Source of the DNA: Bacillota bacterium
GTDB lineage: Bacteria > Bacillota > Limnochordia > Darwinibacteriales > DTU012
DNA: 64,000 bases
Direction of reading: 5' to 3'
Assembly (NCBI GenBank): GCA_012520795.1
Contig: JAAYNP010000005.1
Span: forward strand, 11,050 to 75,049
Part shown: piece after piece, positions 60,221-64,000 of the stretch
How positions within the stretch are numbered: position 1 is the first letter of the stretch
Layout: every line of letters begins with the position of its first letter
The notes under the pieces: generated by a model
Seen by the model: only the letters and a program-made list of their open reading frames with translations
Databases searched by the model: none
Told to the model about the DNA's origin: nothing
Translations under genes and position numbers: made by a program

Positions 60221-60826
60221 CTAGCCTCCTTTCCCCGGGCTGAGTTGCTGTTTGATCCTCTTAGTCATAATGTGACCTAGTCGAATCCGAAATATACAGT
60301 GAAGATAGAGTTCAAACACCCTCTGGCCAAAAACAGGTACGACTCGAATCTGCGGTTTTTTCAGAAAAACAAATCGTTGATTTAAGAACGCCACAGCCGT
60401 GGACAAAACCCACCATGCTGCTCCAGCCGCGATTCCAGTCACCGATGCCTCCCCGGTACTGTACCTTAACTTGATTTCCAGTCTCTCAATTTCTTCCAAG
60501 AAAAACAGCGCTGCCTTGGCAAAGGCTCTCAGCCAGCGCGGCAGTGGAGTTTGCATGGACTGGAATACCTGCTTTAATGAAACCGTTGGCTTAATTTCAG
60601 CGTCTGCCTGCGATGCCTTAAGGTTTGCCCGCATATAGATGTACTCGCCCAGTTTCTCAAGATAACCAATCCTGAAATGCAGAGGCAGTTTCCAAATCCA
60701 AAGTACAATCTTTGCCTCGCTATCCCTTTGCACACGGTTGTACTGCAGTTCCAACGAATAAGGAAGCAGCAAAAGCACCGCCAAAACCAACAAAATAAGA
60801 CCGAGCAACATGGCTTCACGCTCCAT
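60221..60826 (-). CDS. DUF2953 (YtfI-like) sporulation-associated membrane protein
   Basis: N-terminal TM. Adjacent to ytfJ, as in Bacillus ytfI-ytfJ. Confidence 0.55.
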   Translation of the reverse strand: MEREAMLLGLILLVLAVLLLLPYSLELQYNRVQRDSEAKIVLWIWKLPLHFRIGYLEKLGEYIYMRANLKASQADAEIKPTVSLKQVFQSMQTPLPRWLRAFAKAALFFLEEIERLEIKLRYSTGEASVTGIAAGAAWWVLSTAVAFLNQRFVFLKKPQIRVVPVFGQRVFELYLHCIFRIRLGHIMTKRIKQQLSPGKGG

Positions 60827-60864
60827 ATCTCGATCTTAATGTTTCATGATCTTACCCTGGCTAT

Positions 60865-61398
60865 TCACTCTTCTCTCTCACCTGCCAATCTCGGAAATTC
60901 GCTGCGGTGAGGCAGGTCCTCAAGAGATTTGAGATTGAACTCCAACAGGAACTTGTCAGTGGTGCCAAACAAAATGGGCCGCCCAGGCCCGTCTTTCCGC
61001 CCCAACTCCATTATCAACTCCCGTTCGAGCAGTGTATTGATGGCACTGTCGGCCCGTACACCCCGGATTTGTTCGATTTCGCTCCGGGTAACCGGCTGCT
61101 GGTAAGCAACTATGGCCAAAGTCTCCAATGCGGGGACCGAAAGGGGAGTGCTCACTATTTTCCGGCCCAGTTTTTCGATCCAATCTTTCAATGCGGGATG
61201 GGTCACGAATTGATATCCTCCGGCAACGAAGCGCAGCATAAAACCACGGTTTTCATATTTGGCAGCAATATCCTCAATCAATCTTTGGACGATTTTTTCA
61301 TCAATCTCGGTGATCTCACTGATTTCTTTGACGGTTAAAGGATAGGGAGCAGCAAAGATTAAGCCTTCAATGATTCTGTATGACTCCTCCAACGTCAC
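60865..61398 (-). CDS. scpB: segregation and condensation protein B
   Basis: Typical ScpB wHTH repeats. Adjacent to scpA. Confidence 0.85.
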   Translation of the reverse strand: MTLEESYRIIEGLIFAAPYPLTVKEISEITEIDEKIVQRLIEDIAAKYENRGFMLRFVAGGYQFVTHPALKDWIEKLGRKIVSTPLSVPALETLAIVAYQQPVTRSEIEQIRGVRADSAINTLLERELIMELGRKDGPGRPILFGTTDKFLLEFNLKSLEDLPHRSEFPRLAGEREE

Positions 61399-61402
61399 TT
61401 CC

Positions 61403-62122
61403 TTACCTCCTCACCAACTGGATATCGCCAAAGAGCCTTTCCTGGACTGCATAGATCTCCCGAAGCCTGATCAGTTCCAAAACAGCCAGGAAGGTATAGA
61501 CAATGAAAACCCGGTCATTGTTCACCAACAGTTCGGAAAACCTGACAGTCCGCTGCTTCACAAGCGTCAAACGAAGATTGGCCACCGCTTCTGCAAGGCT
61601 CATGTCCCGTTTGATATAGGTGACCTTCTTGCTCTCCTCCAGAGCCGCCAATACTTGAGCAAACAAACCCGCCAAAGTCTTCGCATCCGCATCGCCAACA
61701 CGGTTTAGATACACGGGGGTCTGTTCACCAACAGCTTCGAAGTATGCCCTGGGGAAGACTGCAACCTCGTCGGCCTGTTCTTTGAGAATCTGGGCAACCT
61801 GCTTGTAAAACTTGTATTCCAGAAGCCTTCTTACCAATTCTTCTCTGGGGTCGGCCTCTTCCTCACCTACAGCATCCGGAGCCAGGGGAGGTTTCTTGGG
61901 CAGCAGCATTTGGGCTTTAATCTGCAGCAGAGTCGCAGCCATGACCAAGAATTCCCCGCTGACCACCAAGTCCAGTTCCTGCATTTTTCTAATGTAGTCG
62001 AGATAATCTTCGGTAATCCGGGCAATGGGGATATCCATGATATCGATTTCTGCTTTGTCGATGAGGCTGAGCAGCAAATCGAAAGGGCCTTCAAAGATCT
62101 CCAGCTTTACCAAGTAACCCAT
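61403..62122 (-). CDS. scpA: segregation and condensation protein A
   Basis: Kleisin ScpA N-terminal motif FEGPFDLLLSLI. Confidence 0.85.
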   Translation of the reverse strand: MGYLVKLEIFEGPFDLLLSLIDKAEIDIMDIPIARITEDYLDYIRKMQELDLVVSGEFLVMAATLLQIKAQMLLPKKPPLAPDAVGEEEADPREELVRRLLEYKFYKQVAQILKEQADEVAVFPRAYFEAVGEQTPVYLNRVGDADAKTLAGLFAQVLAALEESKKVTYIKRDMSLAEAVANLRLTLVKQRTVRFSELLVNNDRVFIVYTFLAVLELIRLREIYAVQERLFGDIQLVRR

Positions 62123-62148
62123 GTTTTTTCACCCATACTTTTCACGGT

Positions 62149-62763
62149 CTATATTGAAAACCCGTTCACAATCCACCCCAAGAATGAAACAATCGGATTT
62201 ATCGCATAGCGCAGCAAACCGGTCCAGATTCCTAAAATCAGGATCAGCGGAGCATACGGTGCGATCCTTTCATAGGCAATTCGGATCTTCAGCGGGAGCA
62301 GGTTGGCTATAATCCGTGAGCCATCCAGCGGCGGCAGCGGGATCAGGTTGAAAGCTGCCAGAATGATGTTGATGTTAATGTTGATGGCCATCACATACGC
62401 AAGCGCATTCAGAAACTGCACATGGAAAGGCAGGTAGTAGAGGAAATTGCCGAGAAAGCTGATTATGCAGGCCACTGTCAAATTGGCAAACGGGCCGGCC
62501 AGAGCAACCAGTATTACATCACGGCGGCGGTCTTTGAAATAAAGCGGGTTGATTTGTACTGGCTTGGCCCAACCCACCTTGAACAATACCAGCATGATCA
62601 CGCCAATCGGATCAAGATGCTTAAGAGGATTCAGGGTCAACCTGCCTAGAGCTCTGGGCGTTGGATCCCCCAGCCGATCAGCTACTGCTCCATGGGCCAG
62701 TTCATGAATGGAGATAGCAAACAGCGCAGCTACAATTGAGTAAACCAGCTCTTCCAAACTCAT
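62149..62763 (-). CDS. M50-like (site-2 protease family) membrane metallopeptidase
   Basis: HELAHG zinc motif, with the protein embedded in TM helices. Confidence 0.6.
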   Translation of the reverse strand: MSLEELVYSIVAALFAISIHELAHGAVADRLGDPTPRALGRLTLNPLKHLDPIGVIMLVLFKVGWAKPVQINPLYFKDRRRDVILVALAGPFANLTVACIISFLGNFLYYLPFHVQFLNALAYVMAINININIILAAFNLIPLPPLDGSRIIANLLPLKIRIAYERIAPYAPLILILGIWTGLLRYAINPIVSFLGWIVNGFSI

Positions 62764-62766
62764 GCC

Positions 62767-64000
62767 TTACCCTCCCTCCACTCCATCTTTCAGCCAACGA
62801 TCGGGAATCCGGTGCAGCCGAATTAGGTCCTGGTACGTCTCCCGCTCCACCACCAAATCAGACTGGCCGCGGTAAACTGTGACTATCGGCATGCGGGGTA
62901 CAGCATTGAAGTTACTGGCCATGGCATAATTATATGCGCCGGTGCAGAATACTGCCAGTAGATCTCCCGGTTCCAGCTGGGGCAGTTCGATGCTGTTGAT
63001 CAATACATCACTCGATTCACAAAACTGGCCCACGATGGTGTAAGTATGTTCGGGTGCCTGATCCATTTTGTTGGCCACTACGGCGCGGTATTTCGCCTGA
63101 TAAAGCGCCACGCGAGGGTTGTCCGCCATACCCCCATTCACTGCGGCATAGGTGCGGCTGCCCTTGTTTTCTTTGATCGAACCGATGCGGTAAACAGTGG
63201 TGCCGGCGGCACCAACCAGTGACCGTCCCGGTTCCACCATGATCTTCGGCAGTCTCAGGTTGTACTTGGCTGCAGCGCTCTTGAGCGCTCCTGTCAAATA
63301 TGCTCCGAAGTCTCGGATGGACGCCGGCTGATCACCATCAATATACTTTATGCCCAATCCGCCGCCGAGATTCAGTTCTGTCAGTTCAATGCCTAGAGCT
63401 TCAGCCTCAGCTATGAGGGACATCATCACATCGATCGTCTTGGCGTAACTGGCAAGCTCGAAGATCTGCGACCCAATGTGGCAGTGGACTCCGCGAAGCC
63501 TGAGCCCCGGCAGGCTGCAGGCAAGCTTGACGGCATCAATGGCTTGGTTGTGGGCAACGCTGATGCCAAATTTGGAATCCAACTGCCCTGTCTGGATATA
63601 ACTGTGGGTGTGCGCTTCCACTCCCGGCATGATTCTGAGGAGGATGTCCGCTGTCCGCTTCTTTTTCTGCGCTAGATCTGAGAGCAGTTCCAATTCATAA
63701 AGATTGTCCACTACGATGCGGCCCACACCCAGATCTAGAGCTGTCCCCAAGTCGGCTGCGGTTTTGTTGTTGCCGTGGAAGAAAATCCTCTGCGCTGGAA
63801 CACCGGCCGTTAAGGCAATATACAGCTCGCCCCCGCTGACCACATCGAGCGACAGGCCCAGATTGGTCATGAACCGGGCAATTCCCACCGTCAAAAGCGC
63901 CTTGCCGGCAAAAATGATCTCATATTCCGGCAGGCTGCTGAGGGCTTCCCGATACATACGGGCGTTGTTCGCTGCCAACTCTTCATCAAAAACACTCAGC
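62767..64000 (-). CDS. lysA: diaminopimelate decarboxylase, 5'-partial (continues past window end)
   Basis: PLP fold-III decarboxylase motifs. The reading frame is open to base 64000 (...LSVFDEELAANNARMY...). Confidence 0.85.
   Translation of the reverse strand, partial: LSVFDEELAANNARMYREALSSLPEYEIIFAGKALLTVGIARFMTNLGLSLDVVSGGELYIALTAGVPAQRIFFHGNNKTAADLGTALDLGVGRIVVDNLYELELLSDLAQKKKRTADILLRIMPGVEAHTHSYIQTGQLDSKFGISVAHNQAIDAVKLACSLPGLRLRGVHCHIGSQIFELASYAKTIDVMMSLIAEAEALGIELTELNLGGGLGIKYIDGDQPASIRDFGAYLTGALKSAAAKYNLRLPKIMVEPGRSLVGAAGTTVYRIGSIKENKGSRTYAAVNGGMADNPRVALYQAKYRAVVANKMDQAPEHTYTIVGQFCESSDVLINSIELPQLEPGDLLAVFCTGAYNYAMASNFNAVPRMPIVTVYRGQSDLVVERETYQDLIRLHRIPDRWLKDGVEGG

Overview
This window reads as a core chromosomal segment of an endospore-forming Firmicute (Clostridia/Peptococcaceae-like gene content and synteny). 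It is densely packed with housekeeping and sporulation genes, and I found no transposase, integrase, CRISPR array or long repeat. Gene order is as follows. (1) A partial DUF342/FapA-like gene, then Gx-transporter-family, DUF4363 and DUF421 membrane proteins. (2) miaB, a small ORF, mutS, mutL and miaA, followed by a translationally coupled SpoVK-like AAA+ ATPase, a minimal GTPase and a UbiA-like membrane protein, then a YnbB-like PLP enzyme. This matches the Bacillus spoVK-ynbA-ynbB neighbourhood. (3) A stand-alone SigH-family sigma factor, mgtC, and a surE gene decayed by several independent lesions. (4) A complete SOS node: lexA, three Cheo-type LexA boxes, and a divergent YneA-like TM+LysM division inhibitor. 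(5) A secreted alpha/beta hydrolase, tyrS, an AlaX-L editing protein, a lipoprotein, and an AraC regulator convergent with a YhaO/YhaN (SbcF/SbcE-like) nuclease/SMC-like ATPase pair. (6) An initiator tRNA-fMet with a perfect consensus promoter, trxA, and a liv branched-chain amino-acid ABC operon (livJ-H-[M-G fused]-F) preceded by a BCAA-rich upstream ORF. (7) A DnaQ-like exonuclease with a Zn ribbon, a YtpB-like/polyprenyl synthase pair, and a DUF438 hemerythrin-like gene broken by an in-frame TAG plus a frameshift. (8) Two CotF-like coat proteins, tkt, pduL, tRNA-Trp, an EF-G paralog, a secreted FG-GAP protein and tRNA-Pro. (9) hup, spoIVA, plsY, der, a DUF3189-like gene, YIEGIA with a small partner ORF, spoIIP, DUF1614, rpsA (with a long acidic N-terminal extension), plsC, cmk, hisC, aroH, an HI0933-like flavoprotein, rluB, ytfJ/gerW, DUF2953, scpB, scpA, an M50-like peptidase and a partial lysA. 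I did not find a convincing previously undescribed multi-gene system. The most unusual items are the two genuine-looking pseudogenes, the coupled AAA/GTPase/UbiA-like trio, the livM-livG fusion with the BCAA-rich uORF, the stand-alone sigH paralog, and the membrane-anchored SbcE-like ATPase. All protein-family assignments come from reading motifs by eye, not from database searches.
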